64,000 nt of DNA from an uncultured Alphaproteobacteria bacterium (GTDB lineage Bacteria > Pseudomonadota > Alphaproteobacteria > HIMB59 > GCA-002718135): the NCBI GenBank assembly GCA_902601455.1, contig CACKNC010000007.1, positions 3,537-67,536 on the forward strand. Direction: 5' to 3'. The notes beneath the pieces were generated by a model. That model was not told where the DNA came from and did no database searches. It saw nothing but the letters and a program-made list of their open reading frames with translations. Each line of letters starts with the position of its first letter. Position 1 is the stretch's first letter. The position numbers and the translations under genes were made by a program. Positions 34,325-44,740 of this stretch are shown here, one piece after another.

Positions 34325-34645
34325 ATGAACACACATACAATAACAGATAGTAATTTTGATGAAGAAATTAAAAATTCACCTTTACCCATTTTGGTAGATT
34401 TTTGGGCAGAATGGTGTGGCCCATGTAAACAAATTGGTCCTATTCTTGAAGAAATAGGAGAAGAAAAAAAAGATAAAATTAAAATTTTAAAAATAAATGT
34501 TGATGAAAATCCACAAACTCCTCAAAAATTTGGAGTAAGAGGAATACCAACCTTAATGCTTTTTAAACAAGGAAGTCTTGTAGATACAAAAGTCGGAAGC
34601 TTACCAAAGAATATGCTTGAATCTTGGCTTGATCAAAATTTATAA
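34325..34645 (+). CDS. trxA: Thioredoxin
   Basis: VDFWAEWCGPCK, VRGIPTL. Confidence 0.97.
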   Translation: MNTHTITDSNFDEEIKNSPLPILVDFWAEWCGPCKQIGPILEEIGEEKKDKIKILKINVDENPQTPQKFGVRGIPTLMLFKQGSLVDTKVGSLPKNMLESWLDQNL

Positions 34646-35899
34646 ATATTTTCTTCTTATTTTACCAATTAAGTAAAGCGATCCAGTAACTAAAATATGT
34701 TTATTTGAACTCTTTATCAATGATCGGTTAATAGAATTCAGGTCATCTATTATAATTGTTTTTAAATTAATTTTTTTTGAAACTTTATAAATTTCTTTTT
34801 GTGTATAAGCGTTCTGTTCATCAGGTATTTGAATTGGGTACAAAATGTCTATATTTTTTTTAATTATTGATAAAAATTCAAATGCTTTTTTGTTATTTAA
34901 CATTCCAAAAATTACATTAGGATGAATTTTATTTTCTTTTAAATATTGATTAAGTTTTTCTGCGCCTGATAGGTTATGAGAGCCATCAAATATAATAATT
35001 TTATTTTTATATTTCATTTTCTCAATTCTTCCAGGCCATTTAGTGTTACAAATACTTTTTTTAAATGAACTAAATTTAATATTATATTTATTTTTCTTAA
35101 GGACGATTGCTGCAGTTATTGCTGTTGAAGCATTTTCAATTTGATGATTTCCTTCTAATGAAGGTTTTGAAATATTCTTTTTAATATTTTCAAATTGATA
35201 CAAGAACTTTTTTGAATCAATTATTTTAAAATTATAATCTTTCTTAAAATAATAAACGTTATTCATTTTTTTAAGTTTTTTATAAATGAAACCCTCTACC
35301 TCTTTTGTCTGTTTAGCAATTATAACGTTACTGGTATTTTTTATAATCCCTAGTTTCTCGGTTGTAATTTTTTTTATAGTATTTCCAAGAAATTCTTCAT
35401 GATCTATTCCTATTGATGTAATTATGCTTAAAATTTTTTTTGGAATTATATTTGTTGCATCTAGTCTTCCACCTAATCCTGTTTCAAGAATTAAAAAATC
35501 TGCTTTGTAACGCGCAAAAAGAAAAAATGCTGCAGCTGTGGTAATTTCAAAAAAAGTTATTGGTTTACCCTGATTTATTTTTTTGACAAATTTTAAACTT
35601 GATAATAACCTACTTGCATTCACTTGTTTGTTATTAATATTTATTCTTTCACTAAATTTTTCTAAATGGGGAGATGTGTAAGTGTGAACTGAATAATTAT
35701 TATTTTGTAAAATATTTTTAATAAAACTTAATGTTGACCCTTTGCCATTAGTTCCTGCAATATGAATCGTGGGAGGAAGGTTTTTATGTGGATCACCAAG
35801 TTTTTTTAGTAAATACTCCAATCTGGAGAGAGATAAATCAATAAATTTAGGATGAAGATTGATAAACTCTTTTAATAACCTATCAGTTTTAGAAATCAC
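34640..35899 (-). CDS. folC: Folylpolyglutamate/dihydrofolate synthase
   Basis: HIAGTNGKGST, YTSPHL, ETGLGGRLDATN, WPGR, DGSHN, VTGSLYLIG. Confidence 0.96.
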   Translation of the reverse strand: MISKTDRLLKEFINLHPKFIDLSLSRLEYLLKKLGDPHKNLPPTIHIAGTNGKGSTLSFIKNILQNNNYSVHTYTSPHLEKFSERININNKQVNASRLLSSLKFVKKINQGKPITFFEITTAAAFFLFARYKADFLILETGLGGRLDATNIIPKKILSIITSIGIDHEEFLGNTIKKITTEKLGIIKNTSNVIIAKQTKEVEGFIYKKLKKMNNVYYFKKDYNFKIIDSKKFLYQFENIKKNISKPSLEGNHQIENASTAITAAIVLKKNKYNIKFSSFKKSICNTKWPGRIEKMKYKNKIIIFDGSHNLSGAEKLNQYLKENKIHPNVIFGMLNNKKAFEFLSIIKKNIDILYPIQIPDEQNAYTQKEIYKVSKKINLKTIIIDDLNSINRSLIKSSNKHILVTGSLYLIGKIRRKYL

Positions 35900-35904
35900 T
35901 TTGA

Positions 35905-36747
35905 TTAAGTGATATGGTTAATTATATTTTCAAGATTACTTTTTAATTCTTTTCGGTGACATACTATATCAACCATACCGTGTTCTTTTAAATATTCTGC
36001 TTTTTGAAAATCAATAGGAAGTTCTTCACGTATGGTATCTTGTATAACTCTTTTACCGGCAAATCCAATAGTAGAGCCTTGTTCAGCAATAGTTATGTCT
36101 CCCAACATAGCAAAAGATGCGGTTACGCCACCAGTAGTTGGCTCAGTTAACACAACTATATAAGGGATTTTATTTTGGTTTAGTAGTTCTACAGCTGCTA
36201 CGGTTCTTGGCATTTGCATTAAACTAATTATCCCTTCTTGCATTCTAGCACCGCCAGAAGACGTAAAGATAACGAAAGGACATTTTTTTTCCAATGCTAT
36301 TTTTGCTCCTTTAACAATTGCTCCACCAACTGCTCTTCCCATAGATCCACCCATAAAAGAAAAATTCATTAGACCACAAACAATATTAGATTGCCCAATC
36401 TTCGTATTTAATAAAATAAATGCATCTTCTCTTTTTGTTTTTTTTCTATATTCTCTAAGTCGATCTCTATACCGTTTCTTATCTGAAAAATTTAATGGAT
36501 CATCACTAATTTTATCTAATTCAATTTCTTGTGTTTTTTCATTGGAAAAAAGTAGTTTAATTCTTTCCTCTGCTGACATACGAAAATGATGATTGCATGT
36601 GATGCATACTCTTAAATTTTCTTTAAGATCTTTGTGATGAATCATGTTGCCGCAGGAAGGACAATTTTGCCATAAATTTTCAGGAACCTCTTTTCTTTTT
36701 ACTAAAGCTGAAAGTTTTGGTTTTACAAAGTTTGTTAACCAATTCAT
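35905..36747 (-). CDS. accD: Acetyl-CoA carboxylase carboxyltransferase beta subunit
   Basis: CPSC/CITC zinc ribbon, FMGGSMG, SGGARMQEG, PTTGGVTASF. Confidence 0.97.
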   Translation of the reverse strand: MNWLTNFVKPKLSALVKRKEVPENLWQNCPSCGNMIHHKDLKENLRVCITCNHHFRMSAEERIKLLFSNEKTQEIELDKISDDPLNFSDKKRYRDRLREYRKKTKREDAFILLNTKIGQSNIVCGLMNFSFMGGSMGRAVGGAIVKGAKIALEKKCPFVIFTSSGGARMQEGIISLMQMPRTVAAVELLNQNKIPYIVVLTEPTTGGVTASFAMLGDITIAEQGSTIGFAGKRVIQDTIREELPIDFQKAEYLKEHGMVDIVCHRKELKSNLENIINHIT

Positions 36748-37538
36748 TAATTATTTCCCTCTTTTAGATCTTTTGTAAAAAGATCAATCTCACTAATCAT
36801 TTTATCTTTATCATTAAGATTTTTTTTAATAATATTGATAATACTTGAACCAACAACTACACCATCGGAAAATGCACTTATTTCTTCTACATCTTTTCTA
36901 TTTTTTATTCCAAAACCTGCAACTATAGGTAATTCTGTATTTGATTTAATTTTGTTAATTGACTTGTTTAAATATACTGTATCAGCAGAATTTTCACCTG
37001 TGACTCCTGTAATTGTAACATAATATAAAAAACCAGATGCATATTTTAAAATAGTATTAAGTCTTTCTTCATTAGTTGTTGGTGTAATTAATCTTATAAG
37101 ATCAATATTATGCTCTTTAGTTTTTGTATATAACTCTGAATCTTCTTCTGGTTGCAGATCAACAATTATAAGACCATCAACCTCTGCTTCAGAACATTTG
37201 GAAATAAAATTATCAATGCCTAAATTAAAAATTGAATTATAATAACCCATAAGAATAATTGGTATTTCTTTGTTTATTTTTCTTACTTTCATAATAATTT
37301 CAAAAATATCATTTATTTTTGTTCCATTTTTAATTGATCTAAGGCTAGACTCTTGAATAGTTGGGCCGTCAGCCATTGGGTCAGAAAAGGGCATTCCAAT
37401 TTCTATCATATCAATATTGTTATTTATTATAGTTTTAAGTATTTCTAAACTTGTATCTAAATCAGGATCTCCACCTGTAGTAAAAGTAACCAATTTCTTT
37501 TCTTTTTTTTCAAAGATTTTTTTAATTCTTTCAGACAT
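36747..37538 (-). CDS. trpA: Tryptophan synthase alpha subunit
   Basis: EIGMPFSDPMADGPTIQ, LMGYYN, GVTG, GFGI, DGVVVGS. Confidence 0.97.
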   Translation of the reverse strand: MSERIKKIFEKKEKKLVTFTTGGDPDLDTSLEILKTIINNNIDMIEIGMPFSDPMADGPTIQESSLRSIKNGTKINDIFEIIMKVRKINKEIPIILMGYYNSIFNLGIDNFISKCSEAEVDGLIIVDLQPEEDSELYTKTKEHNIDLIRLITPTTNEERLNTILKYASGFLYYVTITGVTGENSADTVYLNKSINKIKSNTELPIVAGFGIKNRKDVEEISAFSDGVVVGSSIINIIKKNLNDKDKMISEIDLFTKDLKEGNN

Positions 37539-38749
37539 TACAATTTAATATTTAATTCTTCAGCAATTGTAAAAATATCTTTGTCTCCTCTTCCACACAT
37601 GTTCATTACAACAATTTTATCTTTAGTATATTTTTTTGCTATTTTTTTTAAAACTGCTAGTGCGTGTGAGGGCTCAAGTGCGGGAATAATACCTTCTAAA
37701 TTACAACAGTATTGAAATGCCTCTATTGCTTCTTTATCAGTAGAAGACATGTACTGAACTCTTTTTTCTTCAAACAAATATGAGTGTTCAGGTCCAATAC
37801 CAGGGTAATCTAATCCAGCAGAAATCGAATGAGCTTCATCGATTTGACCATCTTGTGATTGTAGTAGATAAGTTTTGTTACCATGTAAAATTCCAGGTTT
37901 ACCTCCACTTAAACTCGCAGCATGTTGTCCAGAGTCTAGACCATGACCTGCAGCTTCGACAGCAATCATTTCCACCTCATTGTCGTCAAGAAACTCATGA
38001 AATAGACCTAAAGCATTAGATCCACCTCCAATACAAGCCATCAATAAGTCAGGAAGTCTTTTTTCTGCTTTTAATATTTGTTGCCTAACTTCCTCTCCAA
38101 TCACTGATTGAAAATCCCTTACCATTGCAGGATAAGGGTGTGGACCTGCAGCTGTACCAATTATATAAAAAGTATCTTGAACATTTGTTACCCAATCACG
38201 TAGAGCTTCATTCATTGCATCCTTTAATGATTTTGATCCTGAGCTGACACTTCTTATTTCAGCGCCAAGTAATTTCATTCTAAAGACGTTTGGTGACTGT
38301 CTTCTAATATCTTTTTCGCCCATATAAACGATACAAGGTAAGCCAAATAATGCACACACTGTAGCTGTAGCAACACCATGTTGTCCCGCTCCAGTTTCAG
38401 CTATAATTCTTTTTTTTCCCATTTTTTTTGCCAAAAGTATCTGACCTATACAATTGTTTATCTTATGCGCTCCTGTATGATTCAATTCATCTCTTTTAAA
38501 ATAAATTTTAGGCCCACCAAGATCCTCAGTTATCCTTTGAGCAAAAAATAATGGACTAGGTCTACCTACATATGTTTCCATATAATAATTTAATTGTTTT
38601 TTAAAATCTTCATCATTTTTTATTTTATTATATTCTTTTTCTACTTCAAGAATTAGTGGCATTAATGTTTCAGAGACGTATCGACCCCCAAACTCACCAA
38701 AATAACCTTTTTCATTAGGAAGATTTTTATAAGAGTTTTTATTTGTCAT
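37538..38749 (-). CDS. trpB: Tryptophan synthase beta subunit
   Basis: [44 protein letters not shown]. Confidence 0.98.
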   Translation of the reverse strand: MTNKNSYKNLPNEKGYFGEFGGRYVSETLMPLILEVEKEYNKIKNDEDFKKQLNYYMETYVGRPSPLFFAQRITEDLGGPKIYFKRDELNHTGAHKINNCIGQILLAKKMGKKRIIAETGAGQHGVATATVCALFGLPCIVYMGEKDIRRQSPNVFRMKLLGAEIRSVSSGSKSLKDAMNEALRDWVTNVQDTFYIIGTAAGPHPYPAMVRDFQSVIGEEVRQQILKAEKRLPDLLMACIGGGSNALGLFHEFLDDNEVEMIAVEAAGHGLDSGQHAASLSGGKPGILHGNKTYLLQSQDGQIDEAHSISAGLDYPGIGPEHSYLFEEKRVQYMSSTDKEAIEAFQYCCNLEGIIPALEPSHALAVLKKIAKKYTKDKIVVMNMCGRGDKDIFTIAEELNIKL

Positions 38750-39371
38750 AAAATTTTTTAATTAAATTATTTATTTTATTATTACTTTTAATACCAGGTA
38801 ACTCTTCTACACCTGAAGAAAGATCAATTCCATGAGGATTTAATAAATTTTGTATTTTTTTTATATTGCTTTCATTGATACCTCCAGAAATAAACCATGG
38901 TAAATCAATTTTTTGCCCTTTAAGTAAGCTCCAATCAAAAGATTTTGCATTACCTCCAGGAAGTTCGTCATTATTTGGTTTATAATCAAACAACAAATAA
39001 TCAATATTTTGATAACTATTGATTTTATCAAAATCATTAACAGTTTTTATAGATATTTTTTTTATAATTTTTAAATCAGAATATCTTTTTATTTCATTGA
39101 TATATGATTGATCCTCATCACCGTGTAATTGGATATATTTTAAATCTAGAGATGAAATAATTATTTTTAGATCATTAATGTTGTGATTTACAAATACACC
39201 AACTGGTTCAATTTTAATTTTTTTAGCAAAAGTTGTAAGAGTAATAGCATTTTTTAAAGAAATATTTCTTGGACTTTTTTTAAAAAAAATCATTCCAAAA
39301 AAATTAATTTTATTTTTTTCACAACAAATCAATGTATCTACGTTTTTAATTCCACAAATTTTTAAAATCAT
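38739..39371 (-). CDS. trpF: Phosphoribosylanthranilate isomerase
   Basis: [39 protein letters not shown]. Confidence 0.94.
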   Translation of the reverse strand: MILKICGIKNVDTLICCEKNKINFFGMIFFKKSPRNISLKNAITLTTFAKKIKIEPVGVFVNHNINDLKIIISSLDLKYIQLHGDEDQSYINEIKRYSDLKIIKKISIKTVNDFDKINSYQNIDYLLFDYKPNNDELPGGNAKSFDWSLLKGQKIDLPWFISGGINESNIKKIQNLLNPHGIDLSSGVEELPGIKSNNKINNLIKKFYDK

Positions 39372-39372
39372 T

Positions 39373-40062
39373 TTACTGAATTGATTTATTAATATCTCTT
39401 ATTACTTTTAGGGGATTTTTAGATTCTGTTATTGGTCTACCAATAACTAAATAATCTGCCCCAAACTCAATAGCTTCTGTTGGGGTAAGAACTCTTTTTT
39501 GATCATCTTTTTTATTATATAATTTTTTTTCTAGTCTTATACCTGGCACTACTAAAATCATTTCCCTTCCAACTTCTTTTCTAACAGCCTTAATTTCAAG
39601 GGGACTACAAACTAACCCATTGAGCTTGTTAACTTTTGCGTAATGAGAAAATTTTTTTACTAATGTATTGATATTTTTTTCCTTATAATATTTTAATATT
39701 TGTTTTTTATCTAAACTTGTAAGTACAGTAACACCCAATATTCTTGTCTTACTATTTTTTTTTAAGACGGACACTTTTTGCATGTCGTCCCCACCAGTAA
39801 TATGAATAGTTGTGAAGATTGGCTTAAGCTTAAATATAGCTTGTAAACCTTTTTCAACAGTATTTGGAATATCATGCAACTTAAGATCTAAAAAAATTTT
39901 TGGACAGATTTTATAAATTTTATGATATCCATCTAGACCAAAATTATAGAAAAATTCATGACCAATTTTAAAAGCAAATACCTCATTTTTTAATTCTTTT
40001 ACTAATTTTATTGCTTTATTTAGGTTATTTAAATCAATAGCTACGATAATTTTTTTATTCAT
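39373..40062 (-). CDS. pyrF: Orotidine-5'-phosphate decarboxylase
   Basis: IVAID, FLDLKLHDIPNTV, GVTVLTS, PGIR, DDQKRV, VIGRPI. Confidence 0.96.
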   Translation of the reverse strand: MNKKIIVAIDLNNLNKAIKLVKELKNEVFAFKIGHEFFYNFGLDGYHKIYKICPKIFLDLKLHDIPNTVEKGLQAIFKLKPIFTTIHITGGDDMQKVSVLKKNSKTRILGVTVLTSLDKKQILKYYKEKNINTLVKKFSHYAKVNKLNGLVCSPLEIKAVRKEVGREMILVVPGIRLEKKLYNKKDDQKRVLTPTEAIEFGADYLVIGRPITESKNPLKVIRDINKSIQ

Positions 40063-40351
40063 TACCTTTAAGTTCTGAATTTAGCTCATTGTGTAATATT
40101 TTGCCAATCTTAAAATGTAATTTATAATTTTCTTTTTTGTATAGTTTTTCATTTGTTTTAGGATTTCTTACTTGTTTAGCTCTATTGATTTTCTTTTTAA
40201 AAGTACCAAATCCTCTTAGTTCAACATTTTTGCCATCTTTAAGTGCTAAGATTATTTTTTTTGTAAAGATGTTAAATATTTGTTCAATATCACTATCACT
40301 GAGATTATTTTGCTTAAATTCTAATTTTTTAAGAATATCAGATTTAAGCAT
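40055..40351 (-). CDS. ihfB: Integration host factor beta subunit (HU/IHF family)
   Basis: MLKSDI, VELRGFGTF, RNPKT; downstream of rpsA. Confidence 0.8.
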   Translation of the reverse strand: MLKSDILKKLEFKQNNLSDSDIEQIFNIFTKKIILALKDGKNVELRGFGTFKKKINRAKQVRNPKTNEKLYKKENYKLHFKIGKILHNELNSELKGNE

Positions 40352-40357
40352 CTGATA

Positions 40358-42058
40358 TTAATCTTTTTTCTTTAGAATAGATCCTAAAATTTCACCCAAA
40401 GATGCACCTGAGTCACTTGATCCATATTTTGATAATGCTTCTTTTTCATCCTGGATTTCAATTTCTTTGATTGATAAATTTAAAGTTCTTGATTTCTGAT
40501 CAACAGAAATTATGACTGAGTCAACTTGCTCACCAATAGCAAATCTTTCTGTTTTTTGCTCACTTTTATCTTTTGATAAATTTGATTTTTTTATTGTACC
40601 AACAATGTGGTCGTTAACTTGAATTGATACAAGTTTTTCATTTACTTCTATAATTTTACCAGAGATTTTTGATTTTAAGGGATGCTGATTTAGGAAATCT
40701 TGCATTGGATCACTTTCCAATTGTTTTATACCTAAACTAATTCTTTCTTTTTCAACATTTATTTCAAGTATTTTAACCTTAACTTTATCTCCTTTCTTAA
40801 AATTATCTAAAATATTTTGACATTCTTTTTCATCCCAACTCAGATCAGATACATGCACCATTCCATCGATTTCATCATGTACTTTTACAAATATACCAAA
40901 ATCTACAATATTAACAATTTCTGTATCTAGTACATCATTAACATTTATGTCTTCTTTTAATTTATCCCAAGGATTTAATTTTGTTTGTTTTAAACTGCAA
41001 ATTATTTTTTTCTTTTCATTATCAATTTCAAGTATTTTTACATTCAAAACTTCATCAACAGAAACCAATTTTGATGGGTGAGGTGGTTTTTTTAACCAAG
41101 ATAATTCATTTAGAGTCATCACCGCATCGTACTTCTCATTTATTAACAAGTTTATGCCTGTATCATTTAATGAATTAACTTTTGCACTTACATTTTTATC
41201 AATTATTATGTCCTCATCTAAATTATCCCATGGATTTTCAGTTAATTGTTTAATGCCTAAACTTAATCTAGATAGTTCTTCATCAAATTTTAATACTTTT
41301 ACTTTGATATTTTCACCTAAATTTAAAATCTCTGAAGGTGAGTTTATTTTTGTCCAAGAAATATCCGTAATGTGGACTAAACCATCCATACCTCCTAGAT
41401 CAATAAATGCTCCATAATCAGTTAAATTTTTTACTTTACCATCAACTACGGAACCTTCTTTAATTGTACTTAATAGTTCTTCTCTTTGTTCTTTCAACTC
41501 TACTTCTGATATAGCTTTTCGAGATACAACAATATTACCTCTGAATTTATCCATTTTTAAAATCATCAAATCAAGCGGCTTGTTTAATAACTCTTTCGTA
41601 TCTTTTAATATTTGTCTTGTGTCTATCTGGCTGCCAGGAAGAAAAGCAATTACACCATTTAAATCAACACTCATTCCACCTTTAACTCTATTAAAAGGTA
41701 TGCCTGTTACAACTTTATTATTTTCAAATGAATCTTGAAGAGAATTCCAAGATTTTTGTTTTATAGCTTTTTCTCGTGATAAAACTGTTTCTCCATTTGA
41801 ATTATCGACGTTTTCAATAAATACTTCAAATGATTCTCCAACTGAAATTTCTGGTTTTTGCCCAGGTCTATGAAATTCTGATAAAGGAATACGTCCCTCA
41901 CTTTTGGAACCAACATCGATCGTAACCAAATCATTTTCAATTGAAATGACTTTTCCAGAAACTATTGTTTTTTCTTTTACAAATGTATCCTTAAAAGTTT
42001 TACTTATTAGTTTCTCATAATCTTCATTAGATATTTTATTTATTGATGTGTTGTCCAT
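40358..42058 (-). CDS. rpsA: 30S ribosomal protein S1
   Basis: Six S1 repeats; AFLPGSQID, VKNLTDYGAFIDLGGMDGLVHITDISW, GASLGEIL. Confidence 0.97.
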   Translation of the reverse strand: MDNTSINKISNEDYEKLISKTFKDTFVKEKTIVSGKVISIENDLVTIDVGSKSEGRIPLSEFHRPGQKPEISVGESFEVFIENVDNSNGETVLSREKAIKQKSWNSLQDSFENNKVVTGIPFNRVKGGMSVDLNGVIAFLPGSQIDTRQILKDTKELLNKPLDLMILKMDKFRGNIVVSRKAISEVELKEQREELLSTIKEGSVVDGKVKNLTDYGAFIDLGGMDGLVHITDISWTKINSPSEILNLGENIKVKVLKFDEELSRLSLGIKQLTENPWDNLDEDIIIDKNVSAKVNSLNDTGINLLINEKYDAVMTLNELSWLKKPPHPSKLVSVDEVLNVKILEIDNEKKKIICSLKQTKLNPWDKLKEDINVNDVLDTEIVNIVDFGIFVKVHDEIDGMVHVSDLSWDEKECQNILDNFKKGDKVKVKILEINVEKERISLGIKQLESDPMQDFLNQHPLKSKISGKIIEVNEKLVSIQVNDHIVGTIKKSNLSKDKSEQKTERFAIGEQVDSVIISVDQKSRTLNLSIKEIEIQDEKEALSKYGSSDSGASLGEILGSILKKKD

Positions 42059-42696
42059 TAATTAATTCTTTCTATAATTTGTCTAATTTGTTCGATAGTT
42101 TTTTTGAAAGATTGAGAATTATCTATAATTTTAGCACCTTTTGGAATAACCAAAGGTGAGTTTTTGCGTGATTTATCTTTTTTATCTCTCAATTTAATGT
42201 CCTCTAAAATTTTTTGGTATATAGACTTTTCCCCTTTATCAATCAACTGTTTATATCTTCTTTTGGCTCTTATGTTTTCATCAACTTCTACATATAGTTT
42301 TAGAAAGGCCTTTTTAAACACAACAGATCCTATATCTCTCCCATCTATAATAAATCCATTTTTGTTATTATGTGGGGTTTTTGTAGCTAATCTCTGCTGA
42401 AAATTAATAAAATTTCTTACAAAGTCATATTTAGCTATTTCTGAAGCTAATATTCCAAACTGCTCTTCTCTTAAAATATTCAACTTTTTTGAATTCAATT
42501 GATTTATTTTTTTTATAAATTTTTTTATATTCTTTTTTTCACTCATTTTGATTTTATTTCTATAGAGTTCATAAGCTAATCTTCTATAAAAAATACCTGA
42601 ATCTATGTGATGAAAATTATATTTTCTTGCAATGAATTTTGAAATTCTTTCTTTACCTGATCCAGCTGGTCCATCTATAGTGATTATTTTAATCAC
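42058..42696 (-). CDS. cmk: Cytidylate kinase
   Basis: ITIDGPAGSGK, IDSGIFYR, DGRDIGSVVF, RAKRR; aroA-cmk-rpsA synteny. Confidence 0.92.
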   Translation of the reverse strand: MIKIITIDGPAGSGKERISKFIARKYNFHHIDSGIFYRRLAYELYRNKIKMSEKKNIKKFIKKINQLNSKKLNILREEQFGILASEIAKYDFVRNFINFQQRLATKTPHNNKNGFIIDGRDIGSVVFKKAFLKLYVEVDENIRAKRRYKQLIDKGEKSIYQKILEDIKLRDKKDKSRKNSPLVIPKGAKIIDNSQSFKKTIEQIRQIIERIN

Positions 42697-43991
42697 AAGA
42701 AATTGCCACCAGCTTTATTATAAATTTCTGCAAAATTTGGAAAACTAGTATTAATAGACTCTGTATCTTGTATTTTTAAACTACCAATTTTAGAACCCAT
42801 AACAGCAAAAGACATTGCTATTCTATGATCAAAATCTGTTCTGATATTTTTATCAATTGGATTATATGTTTTTGATGGAAAAATATAGAGATCATCATTT
42901 CTTACCTCACATTTACATCCGCATCTAGTAAGATTTAATCTTATTAGTTCAAGCCTATCACTTTCCTTAACCTTTAACTCATTAAGACCTTTAAAAATGC
43001 TTGGCCCATCTGCAAATGCAGCTGCAATAGAAAGTATTGGATATTCATCAATCATTAATTTTGCAATATCAGCATCTAGTTCGCATCCTTTTAATTTAGA
43101 ATACTTAACATCTAAGTCAGCAATTTTTTCCCCTGAGAGATCTCTTTTATTCTTAATAATTATTTTTGCGCCCATTTTTTCAAGTGCAATTAAAATACCA
43201 TTTCTTGAGGGGTTAATATTAATATTCGTCATGGATATATTTGAACCTTTATTAATTAGAGCAGCAACAATAAAAAATGCGCTGCTTGATAAGTCAGAAG
43301 GAACATCAATGTCTATACATTTGAGCTCCTTTTTTCCATTAACATTTATTAATGTTTCTGAGTTTTGATTAATTACATCTATATCAGCCCCAAAAGCTCC
43401 TAGCATATTTTCCGTATGATTTCTTGTAACATGTTTTTCAATTATTGTACTTTTACCCTCTATATTTAATGCTGCTAAAATTAAACCAGACTTTATTTGA
43501 GCCGAGGGTATATCGATTAGTATTTTATTATTTTTAAGTTTATTTCCTTTTATGTGAAGTGGAAGTGTACCTGTAATATTATTAAATTTAGCCCCCATTA
43601 ACTCTAGTGGTTTCATTATTCTTTTCATTGGTCTTGATGATAGAGAATGATCTCCTTCTATGGTAGAATCAAAATGTTGTGCAGCTAATAATCCTGTTAG
43701 AAGTCTAGCGCTAGTACCTGAATTACCAAGATAAATATTCTTATTAGGTTTTGATAATGAATTTAATCCATTTCCGAATATGGTTATTTTTTTTTTTCTA
43801 TTAATAATTTTTACCCCCATATCTTTAAATGCTTGCATAGTGTGCATAACATCTTCAGACATTAAAATATTATTAACTTCTGAAACACCGTTTGATATCG
43901 AAGGTATAATAATAGATCTATGTGAAATAGATTTATCTCCAGGTATTAAAATATTACCATTTATCCCAGAATTGATTTTGTTTGATATCAT
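42693..43991 (-). CDS. aroA: EPSP synthase (class II)
   Basis: PGDKSISHR, GNSGTSARL, SAQIKS, IDEYP, ELKVKESDR, DHRIAMSF. Confidence 0.97.
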   Translation of the reverse strand: MISNKINSGINGNILIPGDKSISHRSIIIPSISNGVSEVNNILMSEDVMHTMQAFKDMGVKIINRKKKITIFGNGLNSLSKPNKNIYLGNSGTSARLLTGLLAAQHFDSTIEGDHSLSSRPMKRIMKPLELMGAKFNNITGTLPLHIKGNKLKNNKILIDIPSAQIKSGLILAALNIEGKSTIIEKHVTRNHTENMLGAFGADIDVINQNSETLINVNGKKELKCIDIDVPSDLSSSAFFIVAALINKGSNISMTNININPSRNGILIALEKMGAKIIIKNKRDLSGEKIADLDVKYSKLKGCELDADIAKLMIDEYPILSIAAAFADGPSIFKGLNELKVKESDRLELIRLNLTRCGCKCEVRNDDLYIFPSKTYNPIDKNIRTDFDHRIAMSFAVMGSKIGSLKIQDTESINTSFPNFAEIYNKAGGNFL

Positions 43992-43996
43992 TTTAA

Positions 43997-44740
43997 TTAA
44001 ATTTTAAACTCTGAACCCAAGTAAAACTTTTTAATCTTTTCGTTAGAAACTGCTTCATGGGGACTTCCTTCAAAATATATTGTTCCTTCATTAACGATGT
44101 AAACTTTATCGACTATTTTAAGAGTTTCTCTTACATTATGATCAGTTATTAATACCCCTATATTTTTTTTTGTTAGAGTTTTAATAATTGATTTTATTTC
44201 TTCAATCGAAACTGGATCTATCCCAGTCAATGGTTCGTCTAACAAAAGAAACTTTGGATTAGAAGCCAGAGTTCTAGCTATTTCTAACCTTCTTCTTTCT
44301 CCCCCAGACAAAACAATAGATTTAGATTTTTTTACATGATTAATATTGAATTCATTAAGTAGGCCTTCAAGAATAATCTGGTGTTTATTTTTGTCTTTTT
44401 CCACAACTTCAATAATTGATAACAGGTTGTCTTCTACATTCATTCCTCTAAAAATTGATGGCTCTTGCGGAAGATAACTTATACCCTTTGAACCTCTAGA
44501 ATAAATTGGAGATTTGGTAATATCTATTTTATCTAAAAGTATAGAGCCACTATCAGGCTTTATTAAACCAACAATCATATAAAAAGTAGTAGTTTTTCCT
44601 GCTCCATTAGGACCAAGCAAGCCAACTATTTCTCCTCTTTGTATCGAAAGAGTTATATTCCTTACAACTTTTTTGTTTCCATAAGTTTTTGATACTTTGT
44701 TAACAATAAGACCATCATCTAATAATTGAAACTTACTCAT
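43997..44740 (-). CDS. lptB: LPS export ABC ATPase
   Basis: GLLGPNGAGKTTTFYM, YLPQEPSIFR, LSGGERRRLEIAR, LITDHNVRETL. Confidence 0.96.
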   Translation of the reverse strand: MSKFQLLDDGLIVNKVSKTYGNKKVVRNITLSIQRGEIVGLLGPNGAGKTTTFYMIVGLIKPDSGSILLDKIDITKSPIYSRGSKGISYLPQEPSIFRGMNVEDNLLSIIEVVEKDKNKHQIILEGLLNEFNINHVKKSKSIVLSGGERRRLEIARTLASNPKFLLLDEPLTGIDPVSIEEIKSIIKTLTKKNIGVLITDHNVRETLKIVDKVYIVNEGTIYFEGSPHEAVSNEKIKKFYLGSEFKI

